The notes under the pieces: generated by a model
Seen by the model: only the letters and a program-made list of their open reading frames with translations
Told to the model about the DNA's origin: nothing
Database searches by the model: none
Assembly: GCA_963845755.1 (NCBI GenBank)
Contig: CAWJTV010000006.1
Location: 74,265 to 138,264 of the forward strand
Direction of reading: 5' to 3'
Source: an uncultured Planctomycetota bacterium
Lineage (GTDB): Bacteria; Planctomycetota; Planctomycetia; Isosphaerales; Isosphaeraceae
Length of the DNA stretch: 64,000 bases
Shown: positions 43,699 through 53,969 of the stretch, piece after piece
Layout of the letters: each line of letters starts with the position of its first letter
Numbering within the stretch: the first letter of the stretch is position 1
Position numbers and translations under genes: made by a program

Positions 43699-45082
43699 TA
43701 ACGGCGGCCAGGAACGATCGTTGTCCAGGCCGCTCGACCAGGGACTGCGGGCGTCGATCCCCACGAAGACGCCACCAGATTGAGTCTCCCAACGGAGCGA
43801 CTCACGCACAACGCGGTGGCCACCGTCCGGCAACCCGGTCGCGCCCACGGATCGCGTCGCCTTCGGCGGCAGCGGTCAGACCGTGGACCCCGATCCGAAC
43901 CGCCCGGCAGGACGACGAGACAGGTTCGCTTTCGCGGTGCCGATGTGGTCCCTCGTCGTGGACCGATACGAGCGGTGCCGCCGCCCTGGAGTCCTTCAAG
44001 GCCGCCGCCGAGGGGGATCCCCTGGCCGCCAACAGACCCGGGGATCTCCGGCCGTCGCGGCAAGGGAGGACTCTGCGCCGGCGGCCCATCGGCGGGCTCG
44101 ATCGAGATCCTGGACCTGATCGTCCGCGCGTCGCAGCCGGCCGCCGAAGGCCTGTGTTGAGGCTCGACGTTGACCGGGCGCCGGGATGTCTGCGGGCAAG
44201 GTTGCCGAGCCTGCCCGTCAGAACGCAATGGTCCGCGCTCGGCGAGTCCTGGGACCGCCACGAGCCGTGAAGCCGTAGGTCAGGATCTTCACGCGCTGGT
44301 TCGCCGGCGCCGTGAACTAGGCAACGGTCTTGGTCACGCCGGCCGCCAGCGCCAGCGACGCGGCGGAGGCGAAGTCGATCTTCCCGAGCGATGCGGACAT
44401 GAGCTCCCTGCTCCTCGGTACCGAGCGGAATTGCGGAGGCCGTCGCGGGCCCGTCCGTGGGTCGCGAGTCGCACGTAAGGCCCATCGTCACGGACAGCCA
44501 CCACGGAGACGAAATCGACCGGGGGGCTAAAAAAGAGGCCACGACGTCCCGCGCCGCCCCGGAGGACGACGCGAGCCGCATGGCCCATTAGCTCGATTAA
44601 CGTTAATCTCGCGACCCTACCGCCGCGGGAGCACCTCGTCGGGTCTCGCGTGTCCGTTGGCCTCGGCCGGCCACCTCGAGCACGCGGACGACGCCCGTCG
44701 CCGCCGGCGCGGCTCGCGTTCGTGCGCCGAGCAGTCGTCCGCCCTGTTCGCCCGCAGTTGCGCCAGCTGTCCGCCGCGAGCAGGGCCAGTCCCAGCTCCC
44801 TGAGGATCCGGGTCGAGACGCCGATCCGGGCCTTCCGGAGCGGCCGGCCGCTCCGCGAGATCGGCATGATCTCGATCTGCGTGCCGCAGTCGTCGAGCAC
44901 GAAGCCGACGCAAGGTCGGCTGTCGCCATAAGTGCTCTGACCCTCGAGGACCCGCGTGAGCGTGTTACCCATAGGTGCTCCCTATCGGTGCGGATGGACG
45001 CGTCCTTCGCCGCGCCCGGGCGCTACGATAACGGCGTAATCAAGACGCCGTACACGGATCTATGACGGTTTCGAGTCGGATT

Positions 45083-45439
45083 TCAGCTATTGGCGGTCGA
45101 GCTCCGGCTAGCTGGCCCTTCCAGGAGCCGCGGTAGATGCTCCAAGACTTCAGCGTCCCGCGTCTTGAAATACTTCTCGGCCCGCTTCTTGTGCCAGTCC
45201 TCCTGGAACAGCCCGACGAAGTCCGAGAGGTACTTGAGCGGATAGAGCCGCGCCTTGACGACCCGGCCGTCCTCGTAGGTGTGGTCATACGTGTCAAAGT
45301 CGTTCGGCTCGACCCCCTTCTCCTCGCGAAGCCATCGGCAGAAGACCTGACCCATCGAGATGTCCGGCACGCACTTCTCTGGAACGACGTAGCCGTTGAT
45401 CTCCAGCGGCGCGATCAGCCAGCAGTTGATCTCCTGGAG
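45083..45439 (-). pseudogene. C-terminal half of a split antirepressor-like gene (KilA-associated C-terminal domain)
   Basis: LQEINCWLIAPLEINGYVVPEKCVPDISMGQVFCRWLREEKG...KARLYP; no start codon; joins in frame with the part at 53471-53969. Confidence 0.7.
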
Positions 45440-45531
45440 CTATGTGGTAAAGATGCTTATGTTGCGCCGGTCCGAGTGACCGCCCGTTCCATCGAACAGG
45501 GCATGGATCGAATGCCACAGAAGAGATTTGG

Positions 45532-45978
45532 TCAAAGCGCCCACGGGACGTTCACCAGTCCCGAGTCCTCCCTCCGTGGCCTCCCGCCGACTTGGCCGTC
45601 AACCTCTCGATTGGCCAACGCCTTGGCTTTCATCTTCAGATCAACCTCCGCATATGCATTCGTCATCGCCGACGACGCCCGGCTGGCGAACCGCAGCCGC
45701 GGCAGACGGGTCGGGCGCATCATCGGCGGCCTGGATCGCCGGTTGGTCCGGCGATTCGCCTCGGCCTCGATCTCGGCCCTGGTAACGAGTTCGTCGGGCG
45801 GGTCGGCTAGGCGGAAGGCTCTGGCGACCACGAGGGTGTAAATGGCGATGTCCCTCAGCGTCCGGGGCGACACCCGTTGCTCGGCGCAATGAATGAGGTA
45901 GCGGAGGCGCTCCTCGGCCAACGGGCCAGGGCGCTGTCCTGCCAGCGCATCTGGAGACTTGAAGAGTTGCTCGAACAT
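45532..45978 (-). pseudogene. Internally deleted RIT: N-terminus of integrase A fused in frame to C-terminus of integrase C
   Basis: MFEQLF...GPLAEERLRYLIHCAEQ resembles the 52870 gene; TNAYAEVDLKMKAKALA...WAL resembles the end of the 49669 gene. Confidence 0.8.
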
Positions 45979-46160
45979 GTCGAAGCTCTTTCGAGAGATG
46001 GGACGGGAGGATGGTCCGACTCCAGCTTGGGCTTACGTCATCCGTCTATCCCAGTTGAAGGAAATTCGAAGAATCCCGCATGGATTCCGGAAAAGTTCCA
46101 AGCGATCGGTCCATGCCTGCACATTACGGGTAGGACGTCATCATCGGGAGGCTTGGGCAG

Positions 46161-47775
46161 ATGCCAAGAAGGGTGCACGGTTCGGTCTTGCGGTCGATCC
46201 AGACGCTGTTCAGCGTTGGGCCGGTTGGCGGGATGGTCGATGGCCAGCTCGTGGAGCAGTTCCTCTGCCGGCGGGACGAGGGGGCCGAGGCGGCGTTCAC
46301 CGCCCTCGTTGGCATCCACGGCCCGATGGTCTGGGATGTTTGTTGCGGCATCCTGTCCGACCGCCACGCGGCGGAGGACGCGTTTCAGGCCACCTTCCTA
46401 GTCCTGGCACGCCGGGCCGGTTCGATTCGTCGTCGCGACGCCGTCGGCCCGTGGCTACACGGGGTGGCTCGGCGGATCGCGATACGGGCCAGGTCCGCCG
46501 CGGGCCGTCGTCAGCCTCGCGAAGGGAAGGCTGTGGAGATGATGGCGACACCAAACCCGGACCCGATCCGTCGAGAGCAGGTCGAGGCGCTCCACGAGGA
46601 GGTCGATCGCCTGGCGGAGAAATACCGCGCGCCCCTCTTGCTCTGCTACTTCGAGGGCCGGACACACGTCGAAGCAGCTCGGCTGCTGAAATGCCCGGTC
46701 GGTACGGTCAGCTACCGCCTGTCCCGGGCCCGGGAGCTCTTGCGAGCTCGCCTGACCCGCCGGGGATTGGCCCTGCCCGCTGTCGGGGCGGGCGCGATGC
46801 TCCGACCGGAGACCGCGTCGGCAGCCATGCCCATCGGGCTGGCCGAGGCCACGATCAAGGCCGCGATGAATCTCGCAGCCAGCAAGGCGATGACGGCTGG
46901 GATGGTCCCGGCCTCGATAACCCAACTCGTCCAAGGAGAGATCCTTACCATGACCTTCACCAAGCTAGCGACGGTAGCAGCGGGCCTGGTGGCCACCGGG
47001 CTCGTCGCGACGGCCATCGGAGTGTTCGTGGTCGACGGGCGGCGCTGCCCCGCTCGTGCAGGGGGCAGCCGCACCGGCGCCATCGGGGGGCGGACAGACG
47101 GCCCCGTCCAAGCCCGTGCAGACGACGACTGCGCCGGCGCGGTCCGATGGCAATGAGAAGGAGGCCCGGGGCAAGAGTAGCCGGAATCTCCTGAGCTTGG
47201 GTCTCCCCCTATCCAACTTCGCCCACGACCGGAACCGGTTCCCTGCTGCAGCGATCCGCGAGGACGGCAAGCCGCTGTTGAGCTGGCGGGTCGCCCTCCT
47301 GCCTTACCTGGACGAGCAGGCCCTCTACAAGAAGTTCCACCTCGACGAGCCCTGGGACAGCCCGCACAACAGGGCGTTGCTCGACCAGATGCCCGCCATC
47401 TACACCCCGGTCGCGGGCAAGGAGAAGGGGTCCAAGCGGTTGACTTACTATCAAGTGTTGGTCGGCCCCGGGGCACTGTTCGCTGGGGGCGATGGGCCGC
47501 GGCGCGAAGACATCAAGGATGGGGCGGACCTCACGATCATGGTCGTCGAGGGGGCCAAGCCGGTCCCCTGGACCAAGCCCCAAGACATACCCTTCGACAA
47601 GGAAAAGCCGTTGCCGGATCTCGGTGGGCTGTTCGAGGACGGATTCCACGCCCTCATGGCCAGTGGCCGCGTCGTCTTCCTCGCCAAGAACAACAGGCCC
47701 GAAGACCTGCGTGCAATCATCACGCCCGATGGCGGCGAAGCCGTCAATTTGGAGCATCTAGAGTTGCAACCTTGA
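46161..47775 (+). CDS. ECF sigma-70 factor with C-terminal TM and DUF1559-like domain; frameshift near 47050-47100
   Basis: AEDAFQATFLVLARRA, WLHGVARR, LCYFEGRT..EAA..L..P.GTV..RL.RAR; then LSWRVALLPYL, EPWDSPHN, VPWTKP.D. Confidence 0.8.
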
Positions 47776-47904
47776 GCGGCCGGTCCGGCCGGTGATGGTG
47801 CGCCGTGGGCTCCTCGGCACACCCCTCCGACACAGGCCACCCCGGCCTGCCGAGTCTGTCATCCCTGCCGTTCGCCGTCGATGACCCCGATTGGGAGGCT
47901 CCCG

Positions 47905-48903
47905 ATGCAAGATTTCCATTCGCCCCGGCACCACCGGGCCTTCACGCTGATCGAATTGCTCGTCGTTATCCTGATCATCGGCCTGATCACGGCGCTGCTC
48001 CTGCCCGCCGTTCAATCGGCCCGGGAAGCGGCGCGCCGGACCCAGTGCGCCAACAACCTCCGGCAGATCGGCATCGCGCTCCAGAACTACACCTCAGCCT
48101 TCAGCGTGTTTCCCCCGGGGTGGGACGCGGCCATCCCCGCTGGCGCCGAGGACGGCGACAATTTCTATGTCCCGCCGATTTCCTGGGGCTGGGGAGCCCG
48201 GCTGCTCGGGTTCCTTGAGCAGAACCCGCTCGCCGAGGACGTCCGCCGCCTCGGCGACTACTTCGTCTCGGCGTCGTCGTCGACGGTCGCGTCGACCAGG
48301 CTGGCGGTCTTCCTCTGCCCCAGCTCCCCGCGGGGCACGCCCATCTCTTTTACGATCGAGGATCCGAGCGAGGAGGATGAGCCGTTCCACTTCGTCGTCG
48401 CGCCGAGCAATTTCGTCGGCTCCGCCGGCACCAAGGACCCCAACTACTTCCCTCGGTCGTGCGGCGGAATCTTCTTCCGCAACAGTAACGTCGCGGAGGC
48501 CGGCATCAGCGACGGGATGTCCTCGACGATGATGGTCGGCGAACGATCGCGCGACCTCTCGGACGCGACCTGGCCCGGCGGGTATTTCGGGAGCAACAAC
48601 TGCACCGGGCCCTCGTGGCCGGTGCAGTTGTGCGATCCCGCCGGAACCTCGTGGATCGTCTCCCACACCGGCCCTGAGCCGGCCACCCCCTACTTGCCGG
48701 GTGTCCCGCCCGACCCACGAATCCAGGTCCCCAATGATCGCCAGCCGGGCCCGAGCGGCTACCGAAGCCTACACCACGGCGGGTGCAACTTCCTCTTCTG
48801 CGACGGATCGGTCCGCTTCGTGAAAGAGACCGTCAGCCCCCCAACCTTCGCCGCCCTGGCAACCCGGGCCGGGGGCGAGGTGATCGGGGCCGACCAGTAC
48901 TGA
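47905..48903 (+). CDS. DUF1559 prepilin-type N-terminal cleavage/methylation protein
   Basis: AFTLIELLVVILII..LLLPAVQSAREAARRTQC.NNL.QIG; SLHHGGCNFLFCDGSVRF (H-X9-DG); GGAGG RBS. Confidence 0.92.
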   Translation: MQDFHSPRHHRAFTLIELLVVILIIGLITALLLPAVQSAREAARRTQCANNLRQIGIALQNYTSAFSVFPPGWDAAIPAGAEDGDNFYVPPISWGWGARLLGFLEQNPLAEDVRRLGDYFVSASSSTVASTRLAVFLCPSSPRGTPISFTIEDPSEEDEPFHFVVAPSNFVGSAGTKDPNYFPRSCGGIFFRNSNVAEAGISDGMSSTMMVGERSRDLSDATWPGGYFGSNNCTGPSWPVQLCDPAGTSWIVSHTGPEPATPYLPGVPPDPRIQVPNDRQPGPSGYRSLHHGGCNFLFCDGSVRFVKETVSPPTFAALATRAGGEVIGADQY

Positions 48904-49088
48904 CGAGGCTCGCGGGGACACGACGTGGTGGCCCGGCCGTGACACAGGCGCGCGGGGAGACGACCTGTGTCATCATCCGCCGGGCTGCTCGCCGGCCCTC
49001 GTGGCTCGATGGTTATCTGGCCCAACTCCGCCAAGGCCGGGCGTCATCAATGCGGCCCGTCAAGGGACTGGCGACTGGAGATCCGATC

Positions 49089-49448
49089 ATGGCTGGATCG
49101 CTCCCACGATGGGCGTCTATAATCCTCGCCGCCGCCGCCGTGCTCGTCGGGGTGACCTTCGGGCTCCTGGAGTGGTGGAAATCCCAGCGGCTGGCCGAGG
49201 ACCACGCCTCTCGTGCCCAGAAGGCGTTGAATGAGATGGGCAAGCATTACGCGACTATTCGTTTATGTAAAGAGCAGCTCAAGACGGCGAGGCTCCCCAC
49301 CGAGAAGGCCCGCTATGAGTCGCTGATCAGGTCTTCCCGCAGCAGGCTGGTCAAGCTCGAAGAAGCGACCGTTCGCCATGAGCGGCTGGCGCGCTCCTAC
49401 GGATATAAGGCGCCCTTCAAGCGTCCGGAGTCGGACTCCAACCCGTGA
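49089..49448 (+). CDS. Small membrane-anchored hypothetical protein
   Basis: GGAG RBS; N-terminal TM (WASIILAAAAVLVGVTFGLL) followed by a helical region. Confidence 0.55.
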   Translation: MAGSLPRWASIILAAAAVLVGVTFGLLEWWKSQRLAEDHASRAQKALNEMGKHYATIRLCKEQLKTARLPTEKARYESLIRSSRSRLVKLEEATVRHERLARSYGYKAPFKRPESDSNP

Positions 49449-49668
49449 CCGAGCGCCGTCTCAAACCACCGGATCCCGCTGATGGGCTGCCTGGCAGCGA
49501 GCCTGTGGCGGTGGACGACGGCCCGCACGAGGAAGATGGAGCCTGACCGGGCATCGCAGGAGACTTCGACTCGCTCGGCCCATGCCGCCAGATACGATGT
49601 GGCCTCCAGAATGGGACGGCGGCCACGATGAAGGAAGTAGCTGGTCCTATGCTACATAATCGGATGGC

Positions 49669-50680
49669 CTACAATGCCCGCAGGAACTCCATCAAGCCTT
49701 TGTCTTCTCGCCAGGGCTTCTGCGGTATTCCTTCTCCCTGCACCTCGCAACTGGCCAACGCCTTGGCCTTCATCTCCAGATCCACATCCGCGTAGACGTT
49801 CGTCGTCGCCAGTGACACGTGCCCCAGCCAGGCGCGGATGGTATTGATATCCACCCCCGCTCGCAGCAGGTGCGTCGCCGTCGTATAGCGTAGAGTGTGC
49901 GGGCTCACCCTCTTTGTGGTCATCGAAGGGACCTTCTCCGCCGCCCGGGCTGCGTACCGCTCGACCATCGCATGGACGCCGAATCGCGTCAGCGGCTCGC
50001 CACGGCGGTTCAGAAAGACGTGCTCCTTCTCGGCGCTCCCCTGCACCAGCGCCGTCAACTCGCTCACCGTTCGCGCCCACAGCGGGCAGCGCCTGAGCTT
50101 GCTCCCCTTACCGCGGATCAGCACCGCCGACGCGTCCCGCTCCGGCTTCAGCCCCAGTTGCAGGTCACCGATCAACACGTGGGCCGTTTCATCGGCTCGG
50201 ACACCGCTGTTGTAGAGGAACAGCAGCAGGGCGTGATCGCGACGGCCCTGAGCGGTCGTCAGGTCCGGCGCCGCCAGCAGGGCATCCATCTCCGCCTTCC
50301 AGGTAGGTGACCAGCGCCTTCGGGGCCTTCTTGAACGGCACCGCTCGCACTTGCCCGCACCACTCGACCAGCTCTGGTGCGCGCAGGCCAATGAAGCCGG
50401 CCAGGGCGTGGATCGCGGCTAGCCGCTGGTTCCGCGTGGCGATCGCGCATCCTCGCTGCTCCTCCAGTTCCCCCAGGAACTGACGCACGCGTTCGGCCGA
50501 CAGGTCGGTCACGGCCAAGCGATCTATCGGTTTGCCGGTCCGTTGGGCGACGTCCGGGAGCAACAGCCGCAATGCGTCGCGGTAACTCTGCTGGGTATTC
50601 CGGGCGAGGTTCCGCTCGCCGACCAGGTGCTCCATCAGGAACCGGCGAACCCACGGGCTGAGCAAAGGAGCGTCAGGCAT
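49669..50680 (-). pseudogene. RIT integrase C (tyrosine recombinase), frameshift near 50300
   Basis: LLFLYNSGVR, GKGSKLR, SPHTLRYTTATHLL, WLGHVSL.TT..Y; note HTLRY where HxLRH is usual. Confidence 0.85.
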
Positions 50681-51620
50681 GGTCGTCCTCCACGCCGGCG
50701 TACCGCTTGAACCGCATCCCGGCTTGCTGCAGCAGGTCCGGCGTCATGGTGAGGTAGAGCTGTGTAAATCTGATGTGGGCGTGCCCCAAGTAGACCGAGA
50801 GGTGATGAAGGAGGCGTTGCACGTCCGCCCCTTGCTGATACCACCGGATCAGGCGATGAACGGCGAAGCTATGCCGCATGTCGTGCAGTCTTGGCTGGTA
50901 GCGGGCGCCATCAGACCGCCGTATCCCCGCAAGGTCCCTGAGCCGCTCGAACGTCCCGTCCATCGTCTGCACCTGAATCGCGGCCCCACGTTTGCCGAGG
51001 AAGAATCGACTCTCCGGGCCAATCCCGGGGTGAGATGCCGCTCGCCGCCGAGCATATTCGGTCAGCACGCCAGCCAGTTCGGGCCCGATCGGGACCAGGC
51101 GGGACTTGAAGAACTTGATATCCCGGACGGTGACCAGGGCGTTCGGCAGGTCAACATCCGCTGCGGACAGAGCCAGCGCCTCACCGACGCGCAGGCCTGC
51201 CCCGTAGAGCAACAGCAGGATCGCCCGAAGGGTGTCCGGCTCAATCAGAGTGCGGTAGTCCTGCGATGACCGGATCGCATCCAGCAACCGCCGGATCTCG
51301 CCTCGGGTGTAGATATACGGCACGAATGGCAGCGGGGGCTTCGGGAGGATCTTAGGCATCGGGGCCTCAGTGAGATGCCCGCGGCTGACAGCGAAGCGGA
51401 AGAACCCATTGAGCGCTCGGTACTTGGGGAACCACCCGCTCGTGACTGGACTGCCGCTATCCAGGAATGCAGACACAAACTCGGCACCGATGTGGGCGGC
51501 GGGTGTCTGTGGCCCGACCGCCCGGCAGAACGAGCGGAGGATGCTCTCGTTTGTCTTGAACTTCTCACCGAGTGTCCGGCGGAAGGCGACGTAGTGGGTG
51601 ACCAGTTCATCGACGTTCAA
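50673..51620 (-). CDS. RIT integrase B (tyrosine recombinase)
   Basis: LLYGAGLRVGE, KFFKSRLVP, PRLHDMRHSFAV, LSVYLGH...TQLY; overlaps both neighbours. Confidence 0.9.
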   Translation of the reverse strand: MNVDELVTHYVAFRRTLGEKFKTNESILRSFCRAVGPQTPAAHIGAEFVSAFLDSGSPVTSGWFPKYRALNGFFRFAVSRGHLTEAPMPKILPKPPLPFVPYIYTRGEIRRLLDAIRSSQDYRTLIEPDTLRAILLLLYGAGLRVGEALALSAADVDLPNALVTVRDIKFFKSRLVPIGPELAGVLTEYARRRAASHPGIGPESRFFLGKRGAAIQVQTMDGTFERLRDLAGIRRSDGARYQPRLHDMRHSFAVHRLIRWYQQGADVQRLLHHLSVYLGHAHIRFTQLYLTMTPDLLQQAGMRFKRYAGVEDDHA

Positions 51621-52870
51621 AGCAAGCCCTCCAGATAGAAATCCCCGACGGCTCGCAGTGCGGCCAGATCGACCTTGGCGTAGAGGCGGGTCGTTTCGGG
51701 GTCCATAGGCCCGAGATGATCGCCGATCTCCTTCACGGACAGCCCCTGCTCCAGCAAATGGGTGGCGCAGGAGTGGCGAAGAGCATGCGGGCCATAGTGC
51801 GGCAACGTCACGCCCAAGGCGCGTAACCGCTGCCTGACCACGTGGCCCAGGAGGCAGCAGCTCAAAGGCCCGAACGGCGCTCGCAGGTTGAGAAACACCT
51901 CCCGACGGGCTGACATGGGCGCACCTCCCGCAGGTAGCGCAGGACGGCGTCGCCGACCGCTCGGCACAAGGGGAAACTCTGCGGCCGTTGTCGTTTGCCG
52001 TGCGCGACGGTGAGCTCCTCTCGCTCCCAGTCGAAGTCCTCCAGACGCAGTTCGACGACCTCCCCGGCGCGGAGGCCGTAGACGGCCAGCAGCATCAGCA
52101 CAGCGTGGGCGCGGATATCGGCGGGCCGGTCCCCTCGCGCTGCCACGAGCAGCCTCTTTACGGCCTCCCAGGAGGGGCCGACCGCGATCGACTCATGGCG
52201 GAATACCCGCGGAGCCACGAGGGCCGCCGCCAGCCCCGGGCGGCACCACGCACACGCTTCCGCGTACCGGAAGAAAGCGCGGAGCCGAGCGACATGGCCC
52301 CGGACAGTAATGCGCACGTAGCCTCTCTCGCGGATCTGCCGAGACAGGATGTCGTCAACCTGGGCGATCGTCAGCGTATCGAGGCGCCGACCGGACTCAT
52401 CGACCCGAGCCAAGAACTCACAGACCGTACGGCAACGGATCTCGATGGTCCGAGGTGATAAACCGCGTTCCTGACGCATGTAGTTGGCGAATCGCGTGAT
52501 CTGCTCGGCGTATGGCTGAGGGGCTGTGATCATTGGCCGAAGCCGGCCGAGGAAGGAGAGCCATCGCGTGGCGTAACGGGTGAATCGGCGCCACGCGGAA
52601 CTCACGGTCGTCAACGCGCGTTGAGGAGAACGGCGGCTCGCCCAGCGATCTGCTGCGGCCTTGATCTCTTCGCGTGTGATAAGTTCACCAGACCGCTCGG
52701 CCAGGCGCAGGGCGTTGGCGGCGGCAAGGGTGCAGTGGGCAATCTCCAGCAACGTCTTGTGTGCCATTCGCTGTTCGGCACAGTGAACGAGGTAGCACCG
52801 ACGTTCCTCAGCCAGCGGGCCGTCCCGCTGTCGAGAAAGGGCGCGCGTCCGGGAACAATTGATCGAACAC
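51617..52870 (-). pseudogene. RIT integrase A (tyrosine recombinase), frameshifts near 52830 and 51915
   Basis: GTG start after GAGG; LAVYGLRAGEV, GPHALRHSCATHLL, IGDHLG...TT.LYAKVD. Confidence 0.85.
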
Positions 52871-53470
52871 AGTTGAACCTCCGGGCAAGTGGATTAGGCG
52901 CCCTGTTCAACTCTAGCCTGGATTCCCATGGAGGCAGATTGGGCTAACATTTGTTGCCGCATGATTGGAAAAAAGCCCGCGATACTCAGCTTTTCGCCTC
53001 GGAACTGGTTATGCTCCTCCAAGAGTTAAAGGTGGGTCTCCCACTAAGTTAACTTGATCACCATGGATGATATGTTCGTCGATCGAATCTCACTTCCTCC
53101 TGGAAAACAAGGGGTTCTTGCGACAAATCTATCGAATTCACCACAGTGGATGCATTGAGATGACACCGTGGATGCTCTTTTTTCAGTTTACGGATCACCT
53201 AACATCGAGAGAGGCGTTTCGATGAGCCGTTTCAAGCCAGAACCACTTGAAATCCAGGGGAAAACCCACTTCGACGAATTTTGCTTCGTTTATGGATTGC
53301 GTCGTAGCCTACCCCGTTTTTGCCTCCATGGGAATCCAGGCTAGGTCGGAAATGATTATGGGGCGTTCATCTTGCCAACCGTGCGTGAATCCCAGTCAAC
53401 CAACACTTCACGGCCGCATAACCGACTACGCCACATAACACCCGTAATGTGGTAGACCACATTAAGGATG

Positions 53471-53969
53471 GATCGAGAAGTACCCCAACGGAACCTGGTC
53501 GAAATTCGCCAGATGCCGTCGCATGTGATACGGCAGCGCCGCCTGTCTCGCCGCGGCCGCGGCGCAGGATCCTGGCCGCCGCCGTCATCGCGAGACGGCA
53601 CTGGCGGTAGATCTCGAAGATAGGGCGAAGCTTCCGGGCGGCGAAGAATTCGAAACACCGGATCGAGAGGTGGATCTCGTCCTTCGGCCGGCCGACCTGG
53701 GACCGCCTGGAGTTTTCCACATTCCTGTTGAAAATGTAGTCCTCGCCCTCCAGGAAGAATTCTGAGTTGACCAAGGCCCTCTTGGCTGTGGACTTTACGG
53801 GATAGGCCATCGGCCAGACCTTCTCGAAGTCGACCGGGAACGAGTCGCCCGACGCCTCGGCCTCGAACAAGAACTCGAAATAGCCACGCACCTGGTCCAA
53901 CACGATCGACTGGCCCGTTTGCAAGACGATGCCTTCTGCCACGGATGGGTCCTCCTGGTTCACCATCAT
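53471..53969 (-). pseudogene. N-terminal half of a split antirepressor-like gene (AntA/AntB-like DNA-binding domain)
   Basis: FPVDFEKVW...EGEDY...GRPKDEIHLSIRCFEFF; after a frameshift LPYHMRRHLANFDQVPLGYFSI, which continues at 45439. Confidence 0.7.

Larger units (their letters stand above)
45440..53470. mobile_element. Composite RIT (recombinase-in-trio) element with cargo
   Basis: Inverted ends TATGTGG-N9-TTATG at 45441 and 53438; contains a mini-RIT, cargo genes and a full RIT trio; splits one host gene. Confidence 0.7.

Noticed and set aside
53055..53176. Three CAC..(G)TGGATG-like motifs in the AT-rich RIT leader
   Set aside because: Short, irregularly spaced and degenerate; cannot be distinguished from chance.
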